From the NCBI RefSeq assembly GCF_036323395.1, contig NZ_AP028907.1, forward strand, positions 1,470,001-1,502,000: a stretch of DNA of 32,000 nucleotides, written 5' to 3'. The DNA is from Pyrodictium abyssi. Its GTDB lineage: Archaea; Thermoproteota; Thermoprotei_A; Sulfolobales; Pyrodictiaceae. Below the pieces are notes generated by a model. That model searched no databases. It was not told the DNA's origin and saw nothing but the letters and a program-made list of their open reading frames with translations. Of the stretch, positions 6,639 to 15,887 are shown piece by piece (the first letter of the stretch is position 1; the number at the start of each line of letters is the position of its first letter). The position numbers and the translations under genes were made by a program.

Positions 6639-8132
6639 TTGAGCCAGAAGCTTGCTGTCTCAGAGTCGGAGTATCAGCTCCTGAAACGTCTTGTAGGCCG
6701 GGTTAAGCCCGGAGAGCGCTACACAACAGAGGAGCTTGCCAGCCTCCTAGGGCTGCCTAGGAGCCAGATAGAGTCCCTAGTGAGGCTCCTTGCTGATAAG
6801 GGGCTCCTCCATATAGAGGAGAGGATAGTGGAAAAGTACGTTGTTACCGAGGAGGCCGAGCGGTATCTCAGGGAGGGGTTCCCGGAGGAGAAGCTCGTAA
6901 AGCTGCTACACGAGCACGGTGGCCAGTTGCCCGTGGAGGAGGCTAGGCGGATTCTCGGTAGAGAGTTCGGCATAGCTATGGCTAATGCTTCGCGGAAGGG
7001 CTGGGTGAGCGTAGAGGCTGGCCAAGTAAAGCTGGTAGCCGAGCCGCTAGTGGAGGCTGAGGAGAGGAAGCTACTGGATAGGCTACGTAGCGGCGAGAAG
7101 CTCCCGCCTGACGAGCTGAAGCTCCTACGCCGCCGGCGCCTCGTCATGCCCGAGAAGGAGAGGATAACAATAGTCAGCCTAGAGGAGAGCCCAGAGAAGC
7201 TTCTCGAAAAAGTAGTGGTGGAGATAGGCGCCCTAACACGGCAGCTTATCGAGTCCGGCAAGTGGCGTAGCGTTAGGCTCCGCAGCTACAATGTGGCCGC
7301 GGAGCCTCCGAGGCTGTACCCTGGAAGGCTGCACTTCTTCCGCCAGTTCGTGGAGTATCTGCGCGACGTTATGAAGGAGCTAGGCTTCGTCGAGGTAGAG
7401 GAGCCTCCCGTCGAGCTCGAGTTCTGGAACTATGACGTGCTCTTCCAGCCCCAGTACCACCCGGCCCGTACGCCCACGGACACATTCTACCTCCGGCAGC
7501 CGCGGGAGGGCTCACTGCCAGACAGCCTGGCAGATAGCGTAAGGAAGGCGCATGAGGAAGGTGTGGCAAGGAGCCGTGGCTGGGGATACAGGTGGGACCC
7601 GTCCCGTGCAGCACGCCTAATACTGCGTAGCCATACTACAGCTGTATCTGCGCGCGTACTCGCCCAGAAGCCGAGGCCGCCTTTCCGGTTCTTCAGCCTT
7701 GGTAGAGTATACCGCGTAGAAACCATAGACCCTAGGCACCTGCCCGAGTTCCACCAGATAGATGGTATAGCGAGCGAGGACGGCGTAAGCCTACGGTGGC
7801 TTATGGGCATTCTCTCGGAGTTCCTTGAGAGGCTTGGGTTCCGCGAGTATAAGTTCCGGCCAGCGTACTTCCCCTTTACCGAGCCCTCTATCGAGGGCTA
7901 CGTCCGGGTTAAGGGCCAGTGGCTCGAGATACTCGGCGCCGGTATGTTCAGGCCAGAGATGCTCGCAGCTCTTGGGGTAGACTACCCCGTCGCGGCGTGG
8001 GGCATGGGTATAGAGAGGCTGGCTATGGCTCTCTACGGCCTAACGGACATAAGGCAGCTCTACAGCACAGATGTGCGCTTCCTCTCAACAATTCCCTCAA
8101 GGTGGTGGCTATATGCCGGTACTCAGATTTAA
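6639..8132 (+). CDS. pheS: Phenylalanyl-tRNA synthetase alpha subunit
   Basis: 497 aa with a TTG start. It has N-terminal winged-helix repeats and a class II catalytic core (FQPQYHPAR, FRFFSLGRVYR, GAGMFRPE, GMGIERLAM). Confidence 0.93.
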   Translation: MSQKLAVSESEYQLLKRLVGRVKPGERYTTEELASLLGLPRSQIESLVRLLADKGLLHIEERIVEKYVVTEEAERYLREGFPEEKLVKLLHEHGGQLPVEEARRILGREFGIAMANASRKGWVSVEAGQVKLVAEPLVEAEERKLLDRLRSGEKLPPDELKLLRRRRLVMPEKERITIVSLEESPEKLLEKVVVEIGALTRQLIESGKWRSVRLRSYNVAAEPPRLYPGRLHFFRQFVEYLRDVMKELGFVEVEEPPVELEFWNYDVLFQPQYHPARTPTDTFYLRQPREGSLPDSLADSVRKAHEEGVARSRGWGYRWDPSRAARLILRSHTTAVSARVLAQKPRPPFRFFSLGRVYRVETIDPRHLPEFHQIDGIASEDGVSLRWLMGILSEFLERLGFREYKFRPAYFPFTEPSIEGYVRVKGQWLEILGAGMFRPEMLAALGVDYPVAAWGMGIERLAMALYGLTDIRQLYSTDVRFLSTIPSRWWLYAGTQI

Positions 8133-9786
8133 GCCGGGGCGTGTTGAGGAAGCTCTAGGCCTAAGCTTGGACAAAGCACTACAGGTAATGGAGAGGCTAA
8201 AGATAGAAGTAGAGCTAGACGATGAGGGCAACGTTATCGCCGAGCTTGAGGTAGACAGGCCAGACATGTATAGTCTCGAGGGCATAGCGCGCCAGGCTAA
8301 AGGCCTGCTAGGCCTAGAACTAGGTATGCCCAACTACGAGATAGTGGAGAGCGGCTACCGTATAGTAGCCGAGGATGTGCCTACCCGGCCGTACGTCGCG
8401 GGCGCTGTAGTCTGGGACGTGGACGTTGACGAGGACTTCCTTGAAGAGCTTATCCAGTTCCAAGAGAAGCTACACACAAGCCATGGTGGGCAGCGAAGGA
8501 GGGTAGCGATAGGCCTCCACGACCTAGACAAGCTGCCTTCAAGGAACGTATTCTACAGGTTCATGGATGTAGACAAGGTGGTGTTCAAGCCTCTACACCA
8601 CGAGAGGGAGATGACACTCCGCGAAGTACTGGAGGAGACTAGCCAGGGCAAGAGCTACGGCTCTATATCGCTCCAAGACGGCAAGCACCCAGTACTCTTC
8701 TCCGGAGAAGAGGTCATAAGCGTCCCTCCAGTGATAAACGCCGATCTTACCCGCATCGAGCCGGGCACAAGACACATATTCATAGACGTTACCGGCCCGG
8801 AGCTTAAGCCCGTACTAGACATACTCTCGATACTGGCTGCTAACCTAGCTGAAAGAAGCAAGAGCAAGAAGATAGGCATAGTAGACGTAGAGGCGCCATG
8901 GGGTAAACTAAGAGAGCCGAGCCTAGAACCAGCGACTATGACACTCTACCCAGAGTATGCGTCAAGGGTTATAGGCACATCTATAACAGCGGATGACACA
9001 GTTGAAGCGCTTAAGCGGATGAGGTTCGGCGCAAGGAAGGCCAGTGCTAGCCGCGTGGAGGTCGAGGTGCCGCGGTACCGGGTCGACATACTGCATCCCG
9101 TAGATCTTGTTGAGGAGATAGCACTAGCAATAGGCCTCGATAGACTAGCTCCCGAGAAGCCACGGCTGATGCTCAGAGGCTCGCTCTTACCGGTAAGAGC
9201 GTGGGAGAGGGAAGCCAGACTAATCCTCGTAGGACACGGTTTCGTCGAGGTATACTCGTATAGCCTTACAAGCTGTAAGGACCAGATAGAGCTAGCTGGT
9301 ATAGATGAGAAACGCCTAGTAGTAATCGAAAACCCTGTAGGCGTTGAGAGCGAATGCTACCGAGCGTCACTCCTCCCACAGCTACTCCGGATAGCAGCTG
9401 CAAACCAGCATGCGGTGCCCCTCCGAGTATTCGAGATCGGCGACGTCATAGTAGCCAGCGAGGAGGACAAGGAGAGAGGAATAGCATATCAGCGTAGAGT
9501 AGCGCTCCTATACATGGGTGAGAAGGCTGGCTACGAGGACATACAGTCAGTAGTATACAGTGTCCTAAGGCTCCTGGGCGACGAGATAGCAGAGGTCAAG
9601 CCTACAAGCCACAGACTCTTCATAGAAGGTCGTACAGCCGAGCTAAGAACGCGTAGAGGCGTAGTAGCAGTCCTAGGCGAAGTGAAGCCCGAGATACTAG
9701 AGAAGCTCGGAATAACGTACCCTATAGCTGCGGCAGAACTCGACTACACGGCCCTCCAGCACAAGTGGCACCGTCCTCCGGCATAG
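8113..9786 (+). CDS. pheT: Phenylalanyl-tRNA synthetase beta subunit
   Basis: The ATG at 8113 (MPVLRFKPGRVEEALG...) gives 557 aa, the archaeal PheT length. It overlaps pheS by 20 nt, which suggests an operon. The track start at 8071 is probably too far upstream. Confidence 0.93.
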   Translation: MPVLRFKPGRVEEALGLSLDKALQVMERLKIEVELDDEGNVIAELEVDRPDMYSLEGIARQAKGLLGLELGMPNYEIVESGYRIVAEDVPTRPYVAGAVVWDVDVDEDFLEELIQFQEKLHTSHGGQRRRVAIGLHDLDKLPSRNVFYRFMDVDKVVFKPLHHEREMTLREVLEETSQGKSYGSISLQDGKHPVLFSGEEVISVPPVINADLTRIEPGTRHIFIDVTGPELKPVLDILSILAANLAERSKSKKIGIVDVEAPWGKLREPSLEPATMTLYPEYASRVIGTSITADDTVEALKRMRFGARKASASRVEVEVPRYRVDILHPVDLVEEIALAIGLDRLAPEKPRLMLRGSLLPVRAWEREARLILVGHGFVEVYSYSLTSCKDQIELAGIDEKRLVVIENPVGVESECYRASLLPQLLRIAAANQHAVPLRVFEIGDVIVASEEDKERGIAYQRRVALLYMGEKAGYEDIQSVVYSVLRLLGDEIAEVKPTSHRLFIEGRTAELRTRRGVVAVLGEVKPEILEKLGITYPIAAAELDYTALQHKWHRPPA

Positions 9787-9922
9787 GGCTTTCTGGGGGC
9801 AGGAGGCGCCGCTGTCCCCCGCCCCTAACACCCGGGCTCACAGCCCCCACGTGGGGGTCTCGCTCGGGCTCTTACAGACGGGAGTAACGGGGCGGCGCGG
9901 CGCTCCCGCCCCCAGAAAGCCC
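9786..9922. repeat. Long imperfect inverted repeat forming a GC-rich rod-like hairpin
   Basis: GGGCTTTCTGGGGGC (9786-9800) pairs perfectly with GCCCCCAGAAAGCCC (9908-9922). The stem continues with GGAG/CTCC and CGCCGC/GCGGCG, giving 25 bp with one mismatch and one bulge. Inner helices are CCGCCCC/GGGGCGG and CCCGGGC/GCTCGGG, and the central palindrome is CCCCCACGTGGGGG (9844-9857). Confidence 0.8.
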
Positions 9923-10102
9923 CAGGATTATCCTAGGACGCCCTTGCCCGGGGATATACCCTAGCCTCGTCGAGACGGTATAGACACAGTGAGGCCAGAG
10001 CCCCTTTATGTTAATGTGAAGCCGGTGTGGGGCTTTCCTACTCTTCTTATATCTGCCGCCGGGACTATAGGCCGCGGGGGCTCGTAAGCAGAGGGGTAGA
10101 CG

Positions 10103-11191
10103 ATGACCCCGGAGGAGAGATTGAAGCTTATAACACGTAACACTGTAGAGGTAGTTACTATTGAGGAGCTTAAAGCGAAGATAGAGGCTGGCGAGAAGCT
10201 TAAGGGGTACATAGGTTTCGAGCCTAGTGGGCTCTTCCACATAGGCTGGCTGGTCTGGGCTAATAAGGTAAAGGATATGATTGATGCAGGGGTAGAATTC
10301 TACCTGCTTGCTGCCACGTGGCATGCGTGGATAAACGATAAGCTTGGCGGGAACATGGAGCTAATACGTAAGGCGGCGCGCCACGTGGTTGACGTGTTAG
10401 AGGCTATCGGTGTTGACCGTTCTAGACTAAGGGTTGTAGACGCTGAGGAGCTAGTGTCTGACAAAGAGTACTGGTCCATACTCCTACGGGTGGCCAAGAA
10501 CAATACGCTTGCACGTATAAAGCGGGCGCTCACCATAATGGGCAGGAAGGCTGAGGAGGCAGAGCTCGACTTCTCGAAGCTGATATACCCGGCGATGCAG
10601 GTGACAGACATATTCTACCTAGACCTGGATATAGCTCTTGGTGGTATGGACCAGCGCAAGGCGCACATGCTGGCCAGGGATACAGCGGAGAAGGTGGGCA
10701 GAAAGAAACCCATAGCGATCCATACTCCGCTGCTGACAGGGCTACAGGGAATTGGTAGGATGAACCCGGATGCTGTAGACGAGGAGCAGCACGCGGTAGA
10801 GTTCAAGATGAGCAAGTCTAAGCCCGAGACGGCTGTCTTTGTGTACGATAGCCCGGAGGACATAGAGAAGAAGATTCTACGCGCTTACTGCCCTGCAAGG
10901 GAGGTAAAATTCAACCCGATAATGGAGATAAACAAGTACCTCTTGTTCTCGAGGCCCGGCTTCAAGCTAGTCATAGAAAGGCCAGAGAAGTACGGCGGCA
11001 CAATAATAGTTGAGAGCTATGAGGAACTTGAGAGGATATACCGTGAGGGTAAGCTGCACCCACTTGACCTGAAGAAAGCTACAGCGAAGGCGCTCATAGA
11101 GATGCTGGAGCCTGTTAGGAGATACTTTGAGCAGAACCGCGAGGCACGAGAAACGCTAGAAGAACTAAAAAAGGCTGCTATCACACGATAA
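10103..11191 (+). CDS. tyrS: Tyrosyl-tRNA synthetase
   Basis: 362 aa. It is collinear with archaeal TyrRS (GYIGFEPSG..HIG, IYPAMQVTDIFYL, GGMDQRKAHMLARD, KMSKS, NPIMEINKY, RPEKYGG...SYEELE). A hairpin GAGCCTAgcggtTAGGCTC lies at 11201-11219 after the stop. Confidence 0.93.
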   Translation: MTPEERLKLITRNTVEVVTIEELKAKIEAGEKLKGYIGFEPSGLFHIGWLVWANKVKDMIDAGVEFYLLAATWHAWINDKLGGNMELIRKAARHVVDVLEAIGVDRSRLRVVDAEELVSDKEYWSILLRVAKNNTLARIKRALTIMGRKAEEAELDFSKLIYPAMQVTDIFYLDLDIALGGMDQRKAHMLARDTAEKVGRKKPIAIHTPLLTGLQGIGRMNPDAVDEEQHAVEFKMSKSKPETAVFVYDSPEDIEKKILRAYCPAREVKFNPIMEINKYLLFSRPGFKLVIERPEKYGGTIIVESYEELERIYREGKLHPLDLKKATAKALIEMLEPVRRYFEQNREARETLEELKKAAITR

Positions 11192-11335
11192 TGTTTAACG
11201 GAGCCTAGCGGTTAGGCTCACAGCCCTCAATCACGGCATTCATGTGAAGCTCCCTATGCGGCTCTTCGTTCACAATGGAGAGCCCCGGGCTCATGCAGTA
11301 GAAGAGAGACAATAACTGCACCATCACCGCGCTGG

Positions 11336-12637
11336 GTGTCAGAGTTGAAGTACTTGATAAAGGCAAAGATAGAAGTTGAAGGACTAGTAAATAAGCATGA
11401 TATAATAGGTGCTATATTTGGTCAGACCGAGAATCTTTTCGGAGAGGAGTTTGACCTGCGTGAGCTACAGGACAGGGGGAGGATAGGCCGCGTCCAGGTC
11501 GAGGTACGGCACCAGGGCACAAAGACTTATGGAGAGATAACAGTCCCGTCTAACCTCGACCGCGTGGAAACAGCGCTAATAGCAGCCATGTTAGAGCTAG
11601 TCGAGAAGGTGGGCCCCTATAAGGCGCGGATACACGTCTACGATATAATTGACGTGCGTGCTGAGAAGATAAAGAAGATCATCGAGAGAGCGAAGGAAAT
11701 ACTGCGTATATGGTCGCTTGAAAAGACACCCGATCTACGTGAGGTACTACGCGAGATAAGTGAGTCGATAAAGCGCGGCGAAGTGATATCCTACGGGCCC
11801 GAGAAGCTGCCAGCCGGCCCCGATGTCGACAAGAGCGACGAGATAATCATAGTAGAAGGAAGAGCTGATGTGATAAACCTACTACGCTACGGCTACAGGA
11901 ACGTTATAGCGCTAGAGGGTGCACGTGGCAAGATACCGGACACTATAATCAAGCTGGCTAAGACTAAGAAGGCCATAGCTTTCGTCGATGGAGACCACGG
12001 TGGAGACCTAATACTATGGGAGCTGCTCCGCGTCGCCGATATAGACTATGTAGCACGGGCTCCTCCGGGCAAAGAAGTAGAGGACCTAACTGGCAAGGAG
12101 ATAGCTAGGGCTCTCCGCAACCTCGTTCCGGCCCGCGAGTACCTAGCAATACTAGAGCGTAAGCTCAAAGGTAAGCCGGAGAAGCCCGCAAAGCCCGAAC
12201 AGCCTAAGCCCGAGGCAAAACCCGAGACAAAGGAGGCTAAGCCGGAAGAAGCACCTCCAGCTCCACAGCCTAAGCCACAGCCACAGAAGCCAGCTCCAAA
12301 GGCTGAGCCGGTTATACAGGTTGAAGTAGAGCGTGTAGAGATACCGCCAAGCATTGTTGAAGAGATTAAACAGCTGAGCGGTACGCTAGAGGCTGTACTC
12401 TACGACAAGGAATGGAAACCGGTAGAGAAAGTACCGGTAAGAGACGTCTACAACGTGCTAGAGAAAGTAGAGCCGGGCAAAGTCTATGCAATAGTATACG
12501 ACGGAATAGTTACACAGCGTATGCTAGACCTTGCGGCACAGAAGCAGATAAAGCTGCTGATAGCAAACAGGCTTGGCTCCATAGAGCGTAGACCCCAGGG
12601 AGTAAGCATACTGACGTTCAACGACATACTCTCCTAG
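11336..12637 (+). CDS. dnaG: Archaeal DnaG (Toprim-domain primase / exosome-associated protein)
   Basis: 433 aa with a GTG start. The N-terminus KAKIEVEGLVNKHDIIGAIFGQTENLFG and the Toprim block IIVEGRADV...VDGDHGGDLI are diagnostic. It contains a P/E/K-rich linker (see findings). Confidence 0.9.
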   Translation: MSELKYLIKAKIEVEGLVNKHDIIGAIFGQTENLFGEEFDLRELQDRGRIGRVQVEVRHQGTKTYGEITVPSNLDRVETALIAAMLELVEKVGPYKARIHVYDIIDVRAEKIKKIIERAKEILRIWSLEKTPDLREVLREISESIKRGEVISYGPEKLPAGPDVDKSDEIIIVEGRADVINLLRYGYRNVIALEGARGKIPDTIIKLAKTKKAIAFVDGDHGGDLILWELLRVADIDYVARAPPGKEVEDLTGKEIARALRNLVPAREYLAILERKLKGKPEKPAKPEQPKPEAKPETKEAKPEEAPPAPQPKPQPQKPAPKAEPVIQVEVERVEIPPSIVEEIKQLSGTLEAVLYDKEWKPVEKVPVRDVYNVLEKVEPGKVYAIVYDGIVTQRMLDLAAQKQIKLLIANRLGSIERRPQGVSILTFNDILS

Positions 12638-12746
12638 CCGCAGGATCTAGCATATGCTCTGCCCTCTTCTACGCATCTTTTACGTTTCCTCCAATTCTCC
12701 ACGGCTAACGTGGGGTGAATAGAACCTCCGACTTTCAACTCGCTCT

Positions 12747-14033
12747 TCAAAGCTGTATATTAGGTAGAAGTACTGCAAGCGTTATCATCGATATTATAGA
12801 GGCTACTAACTTCCCACGATCCTCGCCTAGCTTCTCCACGGCTATGTCTCGTAGCATCTGAGCACCATCCGTCACGAAGAGCGGAGCAGCATTGATCACA
12901 GCTAGACCGATGTTTATCATAGAAGCCAGCATAAGCACCACGAATATGGAGTATGCAGTTGACCCACTAATGCCGGATTTAACGAGGAATGCCGGCGCGT
13001 CACCTAGGTATATGCCTATGCGCTCATACACCTCCTTGTCGGCGGCATCGTCGGGGGCTGCAGGCTTCACGACTGTTACGTTTTCGCCACTAGGCTTCAC
13101 AAACACTACGACAAGGGTGACATTCGACAGCGTGCCGCCGTTCTCTGCACGAAGCTTCATCAAGTAGTTCATGAAACTAGGCACATTGCTGAAAGAGGTG
13201 CCATTGACTACTATTGATGTGAAGACGTCCCCGCTCTGGATGCCCGCCTTTTCCGCAAACGAGCCAGGGCTCACGTCTATTATTGTTATGTAAGTCCCGC
13301 CCTTGGTGAGAAGCATTATTACCGCAGTAATCGCGGCAAATAGCACTACGTTGGCCAGTATCCCTGCGGCATACACTCTTAGCCTGCTCCGTAGCGGTGC
13401 TCTTGCAAGTTCCTCGTCGTCAGGCTCGACGAAGGCTGCTGGCAGTATTCCAAGAGCTACTAGGAAGCCTGTTGACTTTACTCTTATACCCTCATATCGT
13501 GCAGCAAGAGCGTGAGAGAGCTCGTGGAATATTATTGCTAGTGAGAGGCCCGGAAGCAGATAGAGGAAGGTCTCAATGCTTATTGTAACGCCCGGGATTA
13601 TAGGCATTATCGGTGCTACTCCCCCTACGTGCCCCTTTACAAGATCCATTATCCTTGTTATAGTGAGCCTATAGAACTCCGCCATGAGCAGGAATGTCGC
13701 CGCTATGCCAAGGTCGAAGGCTAGGCCAAGGAGCCAGTAGTTCCTAAGCCTATCGAATACCTTGAAGCTGGACGGTATACGTAGTACCACCATAAGGGGA
13801 CTTACAGCTAGCCTTGAGTCTTCCTTATCTCCGCGTAGCTTCCACAGAATCGTCGTCAGCGTTATCCACGCAGCCAGGTAGGCTAGTAGCACGTTTAACG
13901 AGCCTGCCATCGCTATAACCCTTCCCTCGCACAGCCCAGCCATTAGAGCCAGAAGCTTGGAGTTATAAGTCCCTAGCAGCTTATGAGCAGTGCAAGGAGT
14001 GTGTAGAAGACTCTCCCTATGCTCGGCAAGCAA
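12747..14033 (-). CDS. M50-family (site-2 protease-like) membrane metalloprotease with PDZ domain
   Basis: It has multiple transmembrane segments, an HELSH (HExxH) zinc motif in a transmembrane helix and a PDZ-like insert (VSPGSFAEKAGIQSGDVF). The true start may be an internal Met at 13943 or 13910. Confidence 0.85.
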   Translation of the reverse strand: MLAEHRESLLHTPCTAHKLLGTYNSKLLALMAGLCEGRVIAMAGSLNVLLAYLAAWITLTTILWKLRGDKEDSRLAVSPLMVVLRIPSSFKVFDRLRNYWLLGLAFDLGIAATFLLMAEFYRLTITRIMDLVKGHVGGVAPIMPIIPGVTISIETFLYLLPGLSLAIIFHELSHALAARYEGIRVKSTGFLVALGILPAAFVEPDDEELARAPLRSRLRVYAAGILANVVLFAAITAVIMLLTKGGTYITIIDVSPGSFAEKAGIQSGDVFTSIVVNGTSFSNVPSFMNYLMKLRAENGGTLSNVTLVVVFVKPSGENVTVVKPAAPDDAADKEVYERIGIYLGDAPAFLVKSGISGSTAYSIFVVLMLASMINIGLAVINAAPLFVTDGAQMLRDIAVEKLGEDRGKLVASIISMITLAVLLPNIQL

Positions 14034-14098
14034 GGGCGATATGTGCAGCCCCCCTGCTGCCGTCAGCCTAGAACCAGGGGCTAGCTAGGGTGTAGCCG

Positions 14099-14830
14099 GT
14101 GGCGCGCGATAAAGTGGAACGACGTGCGGAGTACAGGGTAGTAGTCTATGACGACGAGCACTGGAGACTTCTCAGAGATCTACGCCAGGAGGCAAAGCGC
14201 ATAATGGAGCCGCTTATACTGATGGGGCTCGCGCCTATAGTTCATGGCAGTATAGCCCGGGGTGACGTGCACAGCGACAGCGACATAGATGTGTTCATAC
14301 CATCGGTAGTGCCCTCCTACATGGTCGAGGTCGGCCTAGAAAGAGCCGGGCTAAGGATATCCCACAAACTGGTTGTCCAAGCCACACCCCAAAGCACCCC
14401 GAAGGCCTACATAGTGCTGGACGCTGAGGAGAAGAGAGTAGTCTCCTTCCCACTAGCCAAGCTCTCTAAAAGAGAATACGAGTTCTACTATTTCGGTGGA
14501 GCGCTTGACTACAATGGGATTGTGTCAGAAAAGCGCGTCCCTGGGGTGAATAAGAAGCTCGTCCTCATAGAGCCGCTTCCCGATGGACATAGGGAATCGC
14601 CAGTGATAGGACGTGAGGCGGAAGTAGCGAGAATAGTAGGTGTCAGTATAGACACCGTGCTTGAAAGGGTTAGAGTTCTAACACGCCGTGACGAGCATGG
14701 AAGAACCGGCGTATTCGTCAAGTACGAGCTAGAGCCCTGGGACTCTATAGAGGATGCGGTAAGGAGGATTGCCCGGGAGAATACTGTATTCCGACGTGCA
14801 CTCATAGCTAAGGGCTCTCCCCTGGTGTAG
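14099..14830 (+). CDS. Nucleotidyltransferase-domain protein (Pol-beta superfamily)
   Basis: 243 aa with a GTG start. HGSIARGDVHSDSDIDVF matches the GS-x-RG...DxD nucleotidyltransferase signature. The C-terminal roughly 150 aa are of unknown function. Confidence 0.75.
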   Translation: MARDKVERRAEYRVVVYDDEHWRLLRDLRQEAKRIMEPLILMGLAPIVHGSIARGDVHSDSDIDVFIPSVVPSYMVEVGLERAGLRISHKLVVQATPQSTPKAYIVLDAEEKRVVSFPLAKLSKREYEFYYFGGALDYNGIVSEKRVPGVNKKLVLIEPLPDGHRESPVIGREAEVARIVGVSIDTVLERVRVLTRRDEHGRTGVFVKYELEPWDSIEDAVRRIARENTVFRRALIAKGSPLV

Positions 14831-14837
14831 AGGAATT

Positions 14838-15887
14838 ATGTTCAGGAAAACAGAGCTAGTAGAAGATGTATATGCGCTTGTCGGGGCAATGCCGCCAGGC
14901 TGTGTACACTGCATAAGGGGCTCCAAAGTAGTCATATTTATCACGGGGCTCTGCGACGACAAGTGCTTCTATTGTCCCGTCTCCCCGGATAAGCTGTACC
15001 ACGACGTTATGAGAGCCGATGAGGAGCCCGTATACTCCTTGGAGGACATAGTGTATGAGGTATACAGGATAGGTGCAGACGGCGCAAGCATAACCGGTGG
15101 GGACCCCCTCATAAAGGCCGAGAGGACTATAAAGGCGATAAGGCTGTTAAAGGAGCTGTTTGGCGACGGCTTCCACATACATTTGTATACCAGTGGGCGG
15201 TATGCATCGTCGAGCGTACTGCTAGAGCTTGAGCACGCGGGACTCGACGAGATAAGATTCCATGTAGTAGGAGACTGGGTCCTTAAACGCATAGATCTCG
15301 CGCTAAAGACTCTCAGAGACGTAGAAGTAGGCGTCGAGATACCAGTATTCCCGGACCGTGTCGAGGAAACTAAACACTTGATAAAGAAGCTGGACCAGAT
15401 GGGTGTAAAGTTCGTTAATCTAAACGAGCTCGAGGTCTCTGAAAATAATATGCGTGCAATACTACTCCACGGCTACAAACCTGAAGACAATAAGCCTGTA
15501 GTCAAGGGGAGCAGGGAGGCAGCCCTAGAGATAGTGAGATGGGCGTCTCGCAATACTAAGAGGATAACGGTCCACTTCTGCCCAGCTGTATACAAGGATA
15601 GAGTCCAGATGCGCATAAGACTTATACGTAAAGCTATGAGGACGGCAAAACCCTATGAAGAAATCACCGCCGATGGCATGGTAGTGGTGCTTGAAGCGGA
15701 GCCCGTAAGCCAGGCCCTCGAATTAGCAGATAAGGGCTTCGGCGAGCAAATCGGAGATAAAGTAGTGCTGCACCCCAGCATCCGGCTATCCGGCGCGCGT
15801 GTTAGGAGTAGATACCCCGTGGCATCAGCTGCAAGCCTTCCCTTGGAGCTGCAAGGCGTAACGGAGAATAGCAATGACGCCTCCTAG
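14838..15887 (+). CDS. Radical SAM protein (pyruvate formate-lyase-activase-related family)
   Basis: 349 aa. CDDKCFYC is the Cx3Cx2C iron-sulfur/SAM motif, followed by a GGDPL glycine-rich SAM-binding motif. It starts 7 nt after the preceding gene. Confidence 0.85.
   Translation: MFRKTELVEDVYALVGAMPPGCVHCIRGSKVVIFITGLCDDKCFYCPVSPDKLYHDVMRADEEPVYSLEDIVYEVYRIGADGASITGGDPLIKAERTIKAIRLLKELFGDGFHIHLYTSGRYASSSVLLELEHAGLDEIRFHVVGDWVLKRIDLALKTLRDVEVGVEIPVFPDRVEETKHLIKKLDQMGVKFVNLNELEVSENNMRAILLHGYKPEDNKPVVKGSREAALEIVRWASRNTKRITVHFCPAVYKDRVQMRIRLIRKAMRTAKPYEEITADGMVVVLEAEPVSQALELADKGFGEQIGDKVVLHPSIRLSGARVRSRYPVASAASLPLELQGVTENSNDAS

Noticed and set aside
6719-7261. 180-aa Ser/Arg-rich ORF antisense to pheS
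   Set aside because: It is typical antisense-frame noise. The same applies to 23623..24159 opposite mcm, 25411..25944 opposite rfcS, 21013..21462 opposite the THEP1 gene, 26480..26908 opposite rfcL and 12046..12354 opposite dnaG. All have low-complexity S/R/A-rich translations and each lies fully inside a strongly supported gene.
9786-9922. Intron-containing tRNA, H/ACA sRNA or BHB splice substrate as identity of the long hairpin
   Set aside because: There is no cloverleaf, no T-loop (GTTCRANYC) and no ACA box 3' of the stem. There is no 3-nt/4-bp/3-nt bulge-helix-bulge geometry. I kept it as an unclassified structure.
9872-10324. 150-aa minus-strand ORF spanning the pheT-tyrS spacer
   Set aside because: It overlaps the tyrS 5' end and the right arm of the GC-rich hairpin and has no recognisable motifs. 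It is most likely spurious.
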